From a virus: a DNA stretch of 64,000 nt. Location: positions 1-64,000 of the IMG/VR virus record IMGVR_UViG_3300044710_000107, one strand, 5' to 3'. Positions 1 to 9,683 of this stretch are shown here, in pieces (the stretch's first letter is position 1; the number at the start of each line of letters is the position of its first letter). A program made the position numbers and the translations under genes. The notes beneath the pieces are model-generated. The model had not been told where the DNA came from. It worked only from the letters and a program-made list of their open reading frames with translations, and did not search any database.

Positions 1-23
1 ACGCCGACACAGGAGCCGCGCCC

Positions 24-2630
24 ATGGCCCTATTGCCGCAGCCCACCGGCAACGAAATCCCGCCCGACCGCCGCGGACCGCCGCCGCGTGTGAACGGCGA
101 CGCCGGGCCGTCCGAGGGCATCGACGTCGGCGAATACCTCCAGGTCGGCACCGATCCCGACGCCATCCAACTGATCCCAGACGAGAACGGCGGCGCGTTC
201 GTCGAGATGCCCGGCGAGAGAGTCGAGGAAGCCCCGAAGGACGACGCCTTCTACGCCAATCTCGCCGCGGTGATCCCGCCCGCAGTTCAAACCAAGATCG
301 TCACCGATCTGCTGCGCCGGATCGAGGAGGACAAGGAGGCCCGAAAGAAGCGGGACGAGCAATACGAAGAGGGCATCCGCCGCACCGGGCTCGGCAAGGA
401 TGCACCTGGGGGCGCCGACTTCGAGGGTGCCAGCCGGGCCGTCCATCCCATGATGGAGGAAGCCTGCATCGACTACGAGGCCCGCGTCATCAAGGAATTG
501 CTGCCGCTCACCGGGCCGGTGAAGCCCAACGTGCTCGGCGTGCCGACCGCGGAAAAGACCGCCAAGGCCGACCGCGTCGCCGCGCACATGAACTACCAGT
601 TCGCGCAGCAGATCAAGGAAGCCCGCGGCACGCTCGAGACCACCCTGATGCAGGTGCCCCTCGGCGGCACTCAGTGCATCCGGCTCTGGTTCGATCACCG
701 GCTGAAGCGCCAGCGTATGGAGTTCGCCAGCATCGACAAGGTGCACCTGCCGGCCAACGCGGCGGATTTCCAGTCGGCGCACCGCAAGACCTTCGAGGAC
801 AAGATCTCGGCGGTCGAGTTCCGCCACCGCGTCGAACAGGGCATGTATCTCGACCTCGACCTGGTGCCGCCGGCGCAGGACCCGGAGCCCACGAAGTCGG
901 AAAGCGCCAGCCGCAAGGTCGAGGGCGTCGAGGACAACACCACGCTCAACCTGGACGGCAACCGGACCATTTTCGAGACGATGACCTACCTCGAGGTGAC
1001 CGAGGAAATGGCTGCGGTGCTCGATGTCGAGAAGGCCGGCGACCTCTATCCCTACCTGATCACCATGGACGAGACGACGAAGTCCATGCTGGCCTGCTAC
1101 CGGTGCTGGGAGGACGGTGACCCTGCCCGCGAGGCGATCGACTGCCTCTATGATTTCCCGTTCATTCCCTGGCGCGGGCCGCTCGCGATCGGCTTCCCGC
1201 ACATCATCGGCGGACTTTCCGCCGCTGCCACCGGTGGCCTGCGGGCGTTGCTGGACAGCGCCCACACCCAGAACGCGATCGGCGGCTACATCCTGAAAGG
1301 CGCCGGCGCTGGCGGCCAGACCAGGCAGCCGACCATCGGCAACTTCACCGAACTCGACGGCTCGCTGGAAACCGACGATATCCGCAAGCGGGTGCTGCCC
1401 TTCAGCTTCTCGCCGCCGTCGCCAGTGCTGTTCCAGCTTCTCGGCTGGGTGACCGAAGCCGCGAAGGGCGTCGTGCGGACGAGTCTCGACGACACGCCGG
1501 CCGACAGCAACACGAACGTGCCGGTCGGCACCCAGATGTCGCGCGTCGAGCAGGGCCTCGTGGTGTTCTCCGCCATCCACGGCCGCGCTCATGCGGCATT
1601 CAGCCGGCTCATCAAGGGCATGTACCGGCTCAACCGGCTCTACCTGCCCGAGCAACTGAAGATCGACGCCGCCGGCAAGGAAATCATGGTCCGGCGCGCC
1701 GATTACCAGGGCCCGTGCGATGTCCAGCCGGTGTCGGACCCGACGATCTATTCCGACCAGCAGCGGTTCGGGCAGTTGAACTACATCCAAGCCCGCATGA
1801 CCGCGGTGCCGCAGCTCTATCGGGCGCGCGAGGTTGAGCTTGCCGGCCTGAAGCTGATCAAGTGGCCGGATCCCGAGGCGCTGCTGAACCCGCAGCCGCA
1901 GCCGCACGAGTTGAACGCGGTCAATGAGAACCTGGCGCTCACGCTCGGCCAGCCGGTCGCGGCCTTCCCGGAGCAGGATCACCTCGCCCACCTGCAGGTG
2001 CTGCTGGACTTCATGAAGTCGCCGGCGCTCGGCGCGAACCCGCTGATCGCGCCATCGTTCCTTCCGGGCGCGCTGAAGCATGCCGTCGAGCACATCGCCT
2101 ACCACTACGTGCAGACCACGGTGGCGATCGTCCGCCAGGCCGCCGGCAAGGAACCGGCCGAACTGTTCAGCCGCGATCCCGCGGTGAAGGCTGCGCTCGA
2201 CCGGCTTCTCGCCCAAGCCAGCCAGAAGATCGTGCCGAGCGTCGAGCAGGCGATGCAGGGCGCGCTGCCGGTGCTCCAAGGCGCGATGGCGATGATGAAG
2301 CAGATGATGCCGCCGCCGCCGGTGGATCCGGCCGCCGCCGCAGTGCAAGCCGCCGCCGCCGAGACCGCGCGCAAGGGCCAGCAGGATCAGGCCGGCAATC
2401 AGTTGGATGCCGCGAAGCTCCAGCAGACCGCGACGCAGCAGCAGCAGGCCAACGCCATCCAGGCCGAGCGGAACCAGATCATGGCCGACAACGCCGATGC
2501 CGCGAACCAGACGAAGATCGAGACAACCCAACTCGACAACTCGACGGCGTTGGAGATCAGCCAGGACCGCGCGATGTCAGGCGGTGGAGGCGGCGGATTC
2601 GTCAACGGCGAGTCGATGACCCGGCAATAA
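24..2630 (+). CDS. Phage portal protein (podovirus-type) with Gln/Ala-rich C-terminal extension
   Basis: 868 aa, AGGAG RBS upstream; 'EGASRAVHPMMEEACIDYEARVIKELLP', 'GFPHIIGGLSAAATGGLRALLDSA', 'PVGTQMSRVEQGLVVFSAIHGRAH', 'PVSDPTIYS' resemble the portal family of uncultured podoviruses. Confidence 0.85.
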   Translation: MALLPQPTGNEIPPDRRGPPPRVNGDAGPSEGIDVGEYLQVGTDPDAIQLIPDENGGAFVEMPGERVEEAPKDDAFYANLAAVIPPAVQTKIVTDLLRRIEEDKEARKKRDEQYEEGIRRTGLGKDAPGGADFEGASRAVHPMMEEACIDYEARVIKELLPLTGPVKPNVLGVPTAEKTAKADRVAAHMNYQFAQQIKEARGTLETTLMQVPLGGTQCIRLWFDHRLKRQRMEFASIDKVHLPANAADFQSAHRKTFEDKISAVEFRHRVEQGMYLDLDLVPPAQDPEPTKSESASRKVEGVEDNTTLNLDGNRTIFETMTYLEVTEEMAAVLDVEKAGDLYPYLITMDETTKSMLACYRCWEDGDPAREAIDCLYDFPFIPWRGPLAIGFPHIIGGLSAAATGGLRALLDSAHTQNAIGGYILKGAGAGGQTRQPTIGNFTELDGSLETDDIRKRVLPFSFSPPSPVLFQLLGWVTEAAKGVVRTSLDDTPADSNTNVPVGTQMSRVEQGLVVFSAIHGRAHAAFSRLIKGMYRLNRLYLPEQLKIDAAGKEIMVRRADYQGPCDVQPVSDPTIYSDQQRFGQLNYIQARMTAVPQLYRAREVELAGLKLIKWPDPEALLNPQPQPHELNAVNENLALTLGQPVAAFPEQDHLAHLQVLLDFMKSPALGANPLIAPSFLPGALKHAVEHIAYHYVQTTVAIVRQAAGKEPAELFSRDPAVKAALDRLLAQASQKIVPSVEQAMQGALPVLQGAMAMMKQMMPPPPVDPAAAAVQAAAAETARKGQQDQAGNQLDAAKLQQTATQQQQANAIQAERNQIMADNADAANQTKIETTQLDNSTALEISQDRAMSGGGGGGFVNGESMTRQ

Positions 2631-2641
2631 CCAGCGTCGCA

Positions 2642-2914
2642 TCAATATTCCAGCGCCACGGTGATGATGGTGTGCTCCTCGACGGCCGCCATGAGCTTGC
2701 ACCACATGTTGTCGTCGTCGCTGGCGTAAACGCTGGCGCCGATCGCCATGGACTTCAGCAGCGGCAACTCGTCGCGGCCGAGTTCCATGGGCGAGCGGCC
2801 GAATGCCGACTCAAGTATGGCCGCCGCCTGCGATCGCCAGCCGGGCGTGATGTCGATCGGATCGCCCTTGCTGCGCATGATCGAGCCCGGCCGCATGCTG
2901 ATGCTGACGCCCAT
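2642..2914 (-). CDS. Hypothetical protein
   Basis: MGVSISMRPG...; coupled to the upstream ORF; converges on the portal stop. Confidence 0.55.
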   Translation of the reverse strand: MGVSISMRPGSIMRSKGDPIDITPGWRSQAAAILESAFGRSPMELGRDELPLLKSMAIGASVYASDDDNMWCKLMAAVEEHTIITVALEY

Positions 2915-3129
2915 CACTCGACCCTCACGAGACTGCCGTCGGCGTTCCACATCCACGCCGATCGTCCAGCGCTGGTGGTAATCGTCGTGAACGTGCCGGG
3001 CGGCATCGGCGTGAAACGCGGCAGCAGGTCGGTCCGCGGCAGGAACGTGCGCGTGGCGCTGACGATGCCGTTGTCCCGCACCTTCCGCAGCCGCCGCCGG
3101 TCGCGGTGCCGATGAGGGGATTTCTTCAT
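2914..3129 (-). CDS. Hypothetical basic protein
   Basis: MKKSPHRH...; ATGA overlap with the upstream gene. Confidence 0.45.
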   Translation of the reverse strand: MKKSPHRHRDRRRLRKVRDNGIVSATRTFLPRTDLLPRFTPMPPGTFTTITTSAGRSAWMWNADGSLVRVE

Positions 3130-3635
3130 ATGTCGTACGGACCGAACTCCGCCACGACGAGGATGCCGAAAAATGGTATCGCCAGAAAACTGAGCAAGCC
3201 CCACCACAGGAAAGCGGCATTGTGCGGGAACACGCTCACACCCATCGGCACAATGACCTGCGTGTGCGACGCGCCCATCAACGTCTCGCGGAGCTTCATC
3301 AGCACGTTTGAGCGCTCCAGCATCGAGGCGTCCGGCTTCACGGTCGAAAGCTCGGAGAGCGCGGCAGAAAGGTTCGTGAACCAATAGCCCACATCCTCAT
3401 CGGGCGTCGTATAGACGATCGACGTGTAGCCGCTGGTATATCCGGCGTTGCGCGCCGCCTCCACGGCCACGCCGAGATTTTGGCGTGCGAGGTCGACCGT
3501 GTTCGCGCCTGCGGCCCGCTCCAGATAACCACCGATATTGCGATCGAATGCGATGAAGCAAACAGTCCTCGTCGTGGCAAAGGCGAGGAACGACATGACG
3601 GCGACGACCACCGCCGCGATGCTGACCGCTTTCAT
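3126..3635 (-). CDS. Hypothetical membrane protein (N- and C-terminal TM segments)
   Basis: MKAVSIAAVVVAVMSFLAF... and ...FLWWGLLSFLAIPFFGILVV. Confidence 0.7.
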   Translation of the reverse strand: MKAVSIAAVVVAVMSFLAFATTRTVCFIAFDRNIGGYLERAAGANTVDLARQNLGVAVEAARNAGYTSGYTSIVYTTPDEDVGYWFTNLSAALSELSTVKPDASMLERSNVLMKLRETLMGASHTQVIVPMGVSVFPHNAAFLWWGLLSFLAIPFFGILVVAEFGPYDI

Positions 3636-3640
3636 TGCCG

Positions 3641-3961
3641 CTACGCCGCCAGCAGCCGCTTGACGAACTCCCGCCCGGCCGCCGTCGGGATCGCCAGCAC
3701 CGAACGCGCGTCGGCCGGGTCGCGCTTTCGGCGCACCATGTCGAGTTCCTCGCTGCCCAGCCGGTCCAGCGCCCGCGTCACCGCCGGCTTCGACACCGGC
3801 CGGTCCGGGCTCACCGCCGTCAGTGCCGCGGCCATCCCGCGCACCGTCTGCGGCGCTTCCTTCGGCGCCTCGCACGCCAGCACCAGCACGCCGACCTGCC
3901 GCCAGGTCATTTCCGGGTGCTTCGCCACCATGTCCATCACCAGCCGCCGCGTTGCCGACAT
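3641..3961 (-). CDS. MarR-like winged-HTH protein
   Basis: 'TVRGMAAAL...VSKPAVTRALDRL...VRRKRDPADARSV'; GGAGG RBS before the ATG at 3961. Confidence 0.8.
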   Translation of the reverse strand: MSATRRLVMDMVAKHPEMTWRQVGVLVLACEAPKEAPQTVRGMAAALTAVSPDRPVSKPAVTRALDRLGSEELDMVRRKRDPADARSVLAIPTAAGREFVKRLLAA

Positions 3962-4056
3962 CTCAGCCTCCTTTGTAGGGAGGCCAGAATAGTTGCGGGC
4001 GCGGGAGGACGTCAAGCGCTTGGGCGCGGTCCCGGCATCAAAGCCGCCGTAGCCGG

Positions 4057-4410
4057 TCATTGCTTCGTCTGGTCCCAGCCGGGCTTGAGCTGGTCGAGCG
4101 CGTCATGGACAGCCTTCGTCGTCAGCGATGTCTCGGCTGCCTCGTACCGACGGAATCGCTCCATCGCCAGTTGCTGCCTGCGCGCACGGGCTGCCAATCC
4201 CTCGATCATCAGGCCGCGCTGGTTCGCCTCCAATTCGGTCATGCCGCCTGGAAGGCCGGTAAGCCTGCCGATTTGCGGCTGCAGCATCTTCGCCGCCTTC
4301 GCATCGCCGCACTCGATGATGTCGAAGTCCAGCATCTCCTCGTGCGTCATCCCGCAGGCCCGGCACTGGCCGGTATCGTCGTCAGGCGTATGGGAAGGGT
4401 GACGCGGCAT
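4057..4410 (-). CDS. Hypothetical protein (CxxC)
   Basis: MPRHPSHTPDDDTGQCRACG...; GC-ending codons. Confidence 0.55.
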   Translation of the reverse strand: MPRHPSHTPDDDTGQCRACGMTHEEMLDFDIIECGDAKAAKMLQPQIGRLTGLPGGMTELEANQRGLMIEGLAARARRQQLAMERFRRYEAAETSLTTKAVHDALDQLKPGWDQTKQ

Positions 4411-4660
4411 GTGCAGCACTCGCTATCATGTGGCGGCGGTGGTTCTCAGGCTCGAAGCTGCGGCGGATTGCGGCCGCCAGTTCCTCGATCGCGGCCAGCG
4501 TGATCGGACTGGCCGTGAACGTGCCAGCCGGGACAGAGGCAACCATCGGAGGAAAGGACGGTGCTGTGCACTGGACCGTGGCGTACGCGCCCGGCGTCCC
4601 CAGCATGGGCCGCACCGCAGTGGACGCCAGCAGGCCGGCCAGGAAGGCGCGGCGGTTCAT
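4382..4660 (-). CDS. Small protein with twin-arginine-like N-terminus
   Basis: MNRRAFLAGLLASTAV; ATGA coupling. Confidence 0.55.
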   Translation of the reverse strand: MNRRAFLAGLLASTAVRPMLGTPGAYATVQCTAPSFPPMVASVPAGTFTASPITLAAIEELAAAIRRSFEPENHRRHMIASAAHAASPFPYA

Positions 4661-5028
4661 CCCTTCGCCCTCTGCATCTGCCGCAGCCGCCGCGCCACCT
4701 CGCGCGCGCCGTTCGGCTTGAACTGGCGAGGGCCGCTGCCGTCGCGCGCACGCAGGATGCTCGGGCGCTGCGGCTGTGGCATCACCTCGGCAATTCGCGG
4801 CATGAACCTCATCGCGGACAGCGCCGCATGGAGTCCCAGGCTGGCGAGCGGCCCGATATGGCTGGCGACGGCATCGATGACGGCGACGCGCCGCCCGAAA
4901 TCGGTGTCATCGCCGGCAGGCTCGGCACAGTCGATGACCACGACATCAGGCTGGCTCCCCCTGATCTCGTCCGCCCGCGCGAGTGCCTCGTCGGCACCCG
5001 ACACCACCAGCGCCCGCTCGCCGCTCAC
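4657..5028 (-). CDS. Hypothetical protein
   Basis: GTG start overlapping the previous stop; ends FKPNGAREVARRLRQ. Confidence 0.55.
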   Translation of the reverse strand: MSGERALVVSGADEALARADEIRGSQPDVVVIDCAEPAGDDTDFGRRVAVIDAVASHIGPLASLGLHAALSAMRFMPRIAEVMPQPQRPSILRARDGSGPRQFKPNGAREVARRLRQMQRAKG

Positions 5029-5492
5029 GGGTCGTCCCCAGGCTTGCGGCCATCCGCCTCGGCGACCGCAGCGGGTTCCGGTATCTGCGGCTCGATGCCC
5101 GGCGCGAACGATGCGGCTTGAACGGGCTGGAGAGGGTCGTAGACCGGACCTCCGAAGCCGCGAACTTGTGCTGGCCCCCCAGACCTCGCGAGCGCAGCCG
5201 CAACGGCTCGGTGCATCCGCGCCTGCATCACCGGGTGCTCCCAGCACACCATCTTGTCGTGCACCGGCTTGAACCCGACCTGCGGCACGTTCACCAGCCC
5301 GCCAACCGTCTGCTTCACCGTCATGTTCATCTCAGGCGGCCAGCGCGTGCACACCAAAACGCCCTGCGACCCCACCATGTCCTTGCTGCCGCACGGGCAG
5401 TTCGCGCACGTCGGCCGCTCCTGCGAACCACCGCCGCCCGTCTTCAGCGGCCGGAACGCCTCCACCAGGCCAGTGTCGGGTACGTCGGTCAT
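5025..5492 (-). CDS. Hypothetical Cys-rich protein
   Basis: 'CANCPC...CTRWPP...CWEH' pattern; ATGA coupling. Confidence 0.65.
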   Translation of the reverse strand: MTDVPDTGLVEAFRPLKTGGGGSQERPTCANCPCGSKDMVGSQGVLVCTRWPPEMNMTVKQTVGGLVNVPQVGFKPVHDKMVCWEHPVMQARMHRAVAAALARSGGPAQVRGFGGPVYDPLQPVQAASFAPGIEPQIPEPAAVAEADGRKPGDDP

Positions 5493-5728
5493 GGCGCGGC
5501 TCCTTCCTCGACGGTTGGCACGTCTTCCCACTCGACCGAGCCAACCGGGTGCGCCGGGTCGTTCGACTGGATCACCAGCCGGCCCATCTGGAGAATAAGG
5601 ACCTCGCGGACGAGAACGACATCCACGGCCATGCCGTTGGCCCTCCCGTATTCCTTCCGCGGCACCCATCGCACCAGCGGCGGCGGACTGACGGTGTAAC
5701 CCGGGACGATCACCAGCGCTTCGGCCAT
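5489..5728 (-). CDS. Hypothetical protein
   Basis: MAEALVIVPG...VEWEDVPTVEE; coupled. Confidence 0.6.
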   Translation of the reverse strand: MAEALVIVPGYTVSPPPLVRWVPRKEYGRANGMAVDVVLVREVLILQMGRLVIQSNDPAHPVGSVEWEDVPTVEEGAAP

Positions 5729-6093
5729 CACTCTCTCCCCTCGGTTGGCGCCGCCTCGGCCAGCAGCACGACGATCATCGCCCGCCACGCGCCAGACGAG
5801 CGATGGGACATGCGGCCATCCCATTCGCGGTTGGACGCCTCAATCATCGCCTCGCTCGGCTCCCGCAGCGCGGCAATCGCGGCGCGGGCTTGGTGCAGGC
5901 GGTAGTACTTCTCGCTGTAGTCCTGCGCATGGTCGTCGAACGCAAAGCCGCCAATGACAACAATCTCGTCCTCACCAGCGGTCCCATAGCGGCAGACCTC
6001 GTGCTCGCAGCCGTGACGCCCGTTCTTGTTCCTGCGGACAAACGGCCGCGACACATGGGCGATCGCCCGCGCGACCTCCTCCAGCTTCGTCAT
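5728..6093 (-). CDS. Hypothetical protein
   Basis: 'LEEVARAI...ARAAIAALREPSEAMIEA', a common small alphaproteobacterial phage protein pattern. Confidence 0.7.
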   Translation of the reverse strand: MTKLEEVARAIAHVSRPFVRRNKNGRHGCEHEVCRYGTAGEDEIVVIGGFAFDDHAQDYSEKYYRLHQARAAIAALREPSEAMIEASNREWDGRMSHRSSGAWRAMIVVLLAEAAPTEGRE

Positions 6094-6548
6094 GGGCGCG
6101 GCCTCACCCAGCCGTTGCGGTCAAAGTCCTCGCTCCATCCCGCGATATCGGGCGGCTCCACCGTTCCGTCTTGAACGTCAGCCGTCGGCACGAAGCCATC
6201 GGCAAGCAGTTTCCGACGCCGGCGCGCGATCACCTCCCGCATCGTAGGCTCGACATCGGCCGGAAACTCCCGCACCAGCGGGTTGCGCGGCTCGACCGGC
6301 ACGACGACGTCACCCAGGTGCAACGGCGGCCGGCGCGCGGGTCGCTCAGGCGGCAGCAAGGTGACGACATCGCCGCGCGCCACCTCGGCAACGGCGTTGA
6401 CCGCATCCACCGCGGCCGCGAGAAACTCGGTCCGATCAACCGGCCGCACCAGGCAAGCCTTCCCGTCCGGATCCACCAAGCCGGCGCACGCGACCGCAAC
6501 CGCCTCGGCCAGGACCGCAGCCACGGAGTAGGGCAGGCGGAGGATCAT
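6090..6548 (-). CDS. Hypothetical protein
   Basis: 152-aa ORF with ATGA coupling on both sides. Confidence 0.55.
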   Translation of the reverse strand: MILRLPYSVAAVLAEAVAVACAGLVDPDGKACLVRPVDRTEFLAAAVDAVNAVAEVARGDVVTLLPPERPARRPPLHLGDVVVPVEPRNPLVREFPADVEPTMREVIARRRRKLLADGFVPTADVQDGTVEPPDIAGWSEDFDRNGWVRPRP

Positions 6549-6754
6549 CGCGGCGCGCTCCCGTTCTTGCCGACGAAACCGGGCCGAATGTTCTCGGGCT
6601 GCCGGTAGAGCGGCACACCGTGCGCATCAACGAGGCCAGTCGCGACCGGCGCCTTGTCGGTCTCGTGCACCACGATCGTCGGCAGCGTTTCCGGCGTATG
6701 CGTGTCCGATACCCAGGCGGCTGGCGGCTTGGCGAGGGCGATGTAGCGGGTCAC
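6545..6754 (-). CDS. Hypothetical protein
   Basis: 'PVATGLVDAHGVPLYRQPENIRPGF'; coupled. Confidence 0.6.
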   Translation of the reverse strand: MTRYIALAKPPAAWVSDTHTPETLPTIVVHETDKAPVATGLVDAHGVPLYRQPENIRPGFVGKNGSAPR

Positions 6755-6972
6755 AGCCGCAATGCCTCGTCATCCGGTGCGCCGGCCGCCAGCCAGCACA
6801 ACCGCTGCCACACGTTCCGCTTGCTCGGCTGCTCGACCACGGTGAGGGTGACGTTGTGCCCGGTCACGAAGAACACGAGGAAGCCCCACACGATCGCCGG
6901 CGAGATCAGAACCGCCATCGCCACGCGCCGCCAGCCGGTGAACGGGTAGAGCATCGTGGCATCATCCTCCAT
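6751..6972 (-). CDS. Small membrane protein
   Basis: One hydrophobic segment; coupled. Confidence 0.5.
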   Translation of the reverse strand: MEDDATMLYPFTGWRRVAMAVLISPAIVWGFLVFFVTGHNVTLTVVEQPSKRNVWQRLCWLAAGAPDDEALRL

Positions 6973-7015
6973 GGCCAGCCGCAGGATTGGCTGGCCCCTT
7001 GGTGTCAGGTTGCGA

Positions 7016-7288
7016 TCAGACCAGCGACTCGATCTCGGCCAGCAGCGAGTGCGTCGCGCTCTGCAGCTTGGCCAGCGTGTGCTGGTGCGACTGGAGCGTG
7101 ATGGCTATCGGTGCGCCGGCGTTGATGCCGCGGTCGTCGGCCACCGGTTGCGGACCCGGCGTGCGGAGTTGCCCGAGGATGACGGAAAGACGGTCGTTGA
7201 CCTGCCGCTGCTCGGCCACCGCGCTGGCGGCGTTCGCCAGAAGCTCGGGCTCGGCACGGTTGGCGGTTCCAGCTTGTGCGTAGCTCAT
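7016..7288 (-). CDS. Hypothetical coiled-coil protein
   Basis: AGGAG RBS; upstream TTGCGC-N18-TATCGT promoter-like sequence on the - strand. Confidence 0.6.
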   Translation of the reverse strand: MSYAQAGTANRAEPELLANAASAVAEQRQVNDRLSVILGQLRTPGPQPVADDRGINAGAPIAITLQSHQHTLAKLQSATHSLLAEIESLV

Positions 7289-7435
7289 CGTGGTGCGTCT
7301 CCTGTGGCTGGCCGCCATCCGGGCCGATCCCCGTGGCTACAGCCGCCACCGCCGGCAACGATACGCTCGTGTCATGGTGCAGCGCAAGCGGGTCGGCGCC
7401 GGCAGATTCAGCAGTCGTTAGCCGCCGGGCTAAAT

Positions 7436-7714
7436 TTAGCCTCGCCCAGCCAGCCACGACCGCCGGAGCGCTTCTTCCCGCGCCTTCGCCTCGAGCAGCC
7501 GCGCGCACTGCGCCGTGATCAGGTTGAACGTGTCATCGAGCCGCCGCCCAAGGTCCGCGGTGCTGGTCGCCTGGTCGGACACGATACCCGCAAGGCACCA
7601 CGCCAGCGCCGTTCCGAGGATGACCTGGTCCTGGCCGCTGCGGCCGCACGTCGCCATGAGATCGATCACGATGGCCTTGACGCGCTCACCTTCGTCGCCG
7701 ACCGCCTCGCCCAT
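7436..7714 (-). CDS. Hypothetical protein
   Basis: MGEAVGDEGERVKAIVIDL...; helical. Confidence 0.5.
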   Translation of the reverse strand: MGEAVGDEGERVKAIVIDLMATCGRSGQDQVILGTALAWCLAGIVSDQATSTADLGRRLDDTFNLITAQCARLLEAKAREEALRRSWLAGRG

Positions 7715-8074
7715 GGTGCTGCCCTTTCCCGGCCGACCGTTGCGGGCGCAGAATACGGCGATGTGGCGGCAATGAGCAAGCGGTCGATAAACCGGCAAAT
7801 TTGCCGCTCGGCCGGCTTCCCAACGCAATCGGGCCGCCCTTCTTGACAAGGACGGCCCGGCTGGCTTGCTCACGACACCCGCAGGCTGGCGCTACTCGAT
7901 AGGCTCAATGTTGCGGAACAGATAGGGCCTCGGGGTTGGGCCGGTCCGCCTGGAGCGTGGCGCCGGAACGCTGGCACCGCCCTCGCCGGCGGTCAAGCCG
8001 GTTGACGAAGTCGGCTGCCGATGCGACGGTCGATACAGTTCCGCCGGATGGCGTCTCCGGAGAGGTACGCTGCG

Positions 8075-8674
8075 ATGCCCGAGCTTTCCCCCGAATACAT
8101 CGCCTACATGCAGTCCCGCGCGTGGCTCGACCGCCGGGCTGCCGCGCTCCGCGATCCCAAGGCAGCATGCTGGTGCTGCGGCGTCATGGCCGGCATTCGA
8201 CCGCTCGACCTTCATCATTTGACGTACGAGCGGCTTGGCCGAGAATTGCCGCGCGACCTCGTGCTGGTATGCCGACCATGCCACGACACCATCCACGAGC
8301 GCCGGGACAAGCACGACTCGATCCTCGCGGCAACCCGCTACGTCCGCGAGATGCAGAAGGCCGCCAGGGAACGCGAGTGCAAGCCGTTCGCGCCCACGCC
8401 GCCAATTGAATCAAGGCCGGACGACCGCCCACAGGTTCAGCCAGTCCTTCCGCCGCCCGTGCGCTGGGTTGGCGGCACGCTGTCGAGGTTCGAGCTTGCC
8501 GTGATCGGGGAGCGCAACAAGCGCATCAAGAACGGGCCGCGCGGCGCCCCCTCGCAGCGCCTGCCGCCACCGACCGACCCCCGCAAATGGACACAGGGCA
8601 AATATAAGGGCCGGCCGAAGGGCGAGCGGAAAAAGCGCCGGGAACATCAAGCGGATCAACCGAAATCCGGTTAA
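8075..8674 (+). CDS. HNH endonuclease with basic C-terminal tail
   Basis: 'YMQSRAW...CWCCG...LDLHHLTYERLGRE...LVLVCRPCH'; GGAGAGG RBS. Confidence 0.85.
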   Translation: MPELSPEYIAYMQSRAWLDRRAAALRDPKAACWCCGVMAGIRPLDLHHLTYERLGRELPRDLVLVCRPCHDTIHERRDKHDSILAATRYVREMQKAARERECKPFAPTPPIESRPDDRPQVQPVLPPPVRWVGGTLSRFELAVIGERNKRIKNGPRGAPSQRLPPPTDPRKWTQGKYKGRPKGERKKRREHQADQPKSG

Positions 8675-8863
8675 CCAGACCAATTCCTAACGCAAACATG
8701 GTGATTCGATCAGTCCATTCCGGTTCGGTGGACACTTCCGCCGAAATTGAGACGCAACGATTTTCTCGCAAAATGCGAGAACGCTGTTGCTATCAGCAAA
8801 GCGGCCGATGGCTTGACAGGGCGCGACTCGAAGGCGTGCGCTCTCGCGCGCATACCCTTCCGG

Positions 8864-9256
8864 TCACACCGAGGCCGACCCGCCATCCCGCCGCAGCAGG
8901 TGCTGGGCCATGGCGAAGCTGACGACCATCCGCCCATAGCTGCCGCTGAACATGTAGCCCACCGCCGGCGCACCGTTGCCGACCCTCGGAACCGAGCCGC
9001 CGCGCGAGTACTCGTGCCGCACATTGGCGCCGAGGTTGCCCGATGCAGCGACATCGCGCCGATACAGGTGCGCCAGTTCGCGGCTCAGGCGCTGACTCTC
9101 CGCATTCTGCCGCTGGTCGAACGCCTCGATTTGCTCGCGGTGACCGGCGCCAGGTGCGCGCTCGACCGGGAGCGGCGCCGAGTCGTCGGCCACGGTCGGA
9201 ACCGGCCGGACGAGGTTGCGGAGGCGCCGCGGGATTGCCGCTCTACGTGCCAGCAT
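8864..9256 (-). CDS. Hypothetical protein downstream of TerS (start uncertain)
   Basis: Open frame directly after the TerS-like gene. Confidence 0.35.
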   Translation of the reverse strand: MLARRAAIPRRLRNLVRPVPTVADDSAPLPVERAPGAGHREQIEAFDQRQNAESQRLSRELAHLYRRDVAASGNLGANVRHEYSRGGSVPRVGNGAPAVGYMFSGSYGRMVVSFAMAQHLLRRDGGSASV

Positions 9257-9683
9257 CGCCGGACTCGGGCGGATCCGCAGGCACCGGGATCGCGTTCTCG
9301 ACCGTCAGCGGCTCGGGGACGGCGAGGGCCTGCAGCATGGCGATCACCTGGGCGCGCATCTCGGAACGGCGAGCGGCGGCCTCCGGGTCGGCGCCGGTGT
9401 TTGGGTCGACCTCCTTCACGCGGCCCCAGGCACGCTCCAGCACTTCCTTGGCGGCGACGAGCGCGACCTTCGGATTGCGGTGGTCGATGAGCTTGATGAG
9501 CTTCGCCATCGCGTGCTGACTGTTGTCGCGGGCGAGCTCGAGGACGGCCCGGTAATCTGTCCTCGCGGCGCTCAGATTGCCGCTCTGGCCCGGCTGCCAG
9601 GGCTTGAGCGCGCCTCGGCCATGCGACGGCCTGCGATACCCGTCCGGAAGCGCTGCATCGCTCGCTGGAGTAGCGTCTGCCAT
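9243..9683 (-). CDS. Terminase small subunit-like protein (DUF5681-type motif)
   Basis: 'LKPWQPGQSGN...ELAR...AMAKLIKLI...VALVAAKEVLERAWG' is a TerS-like pattern. Confidence 0.75.
   Translation of the reverse strand: MADATPASDAALPDGYRRPSHGRGALKPWQPGQSGNLSAARTDYRAVLELARDNSQHAMAKLIKLIDHRNPKVALVAAKEVLERAWGRVKEVDPNTGADPEAAARRSEMRAQVIAMLQALAVPEPLTVENAIPVPADPPESGDAGT

Noticed and set aside
30-2531. 833-aa antisense ORF over the portal
   Set aside because: Shadow frame of a high-GC3 gene; no motifs
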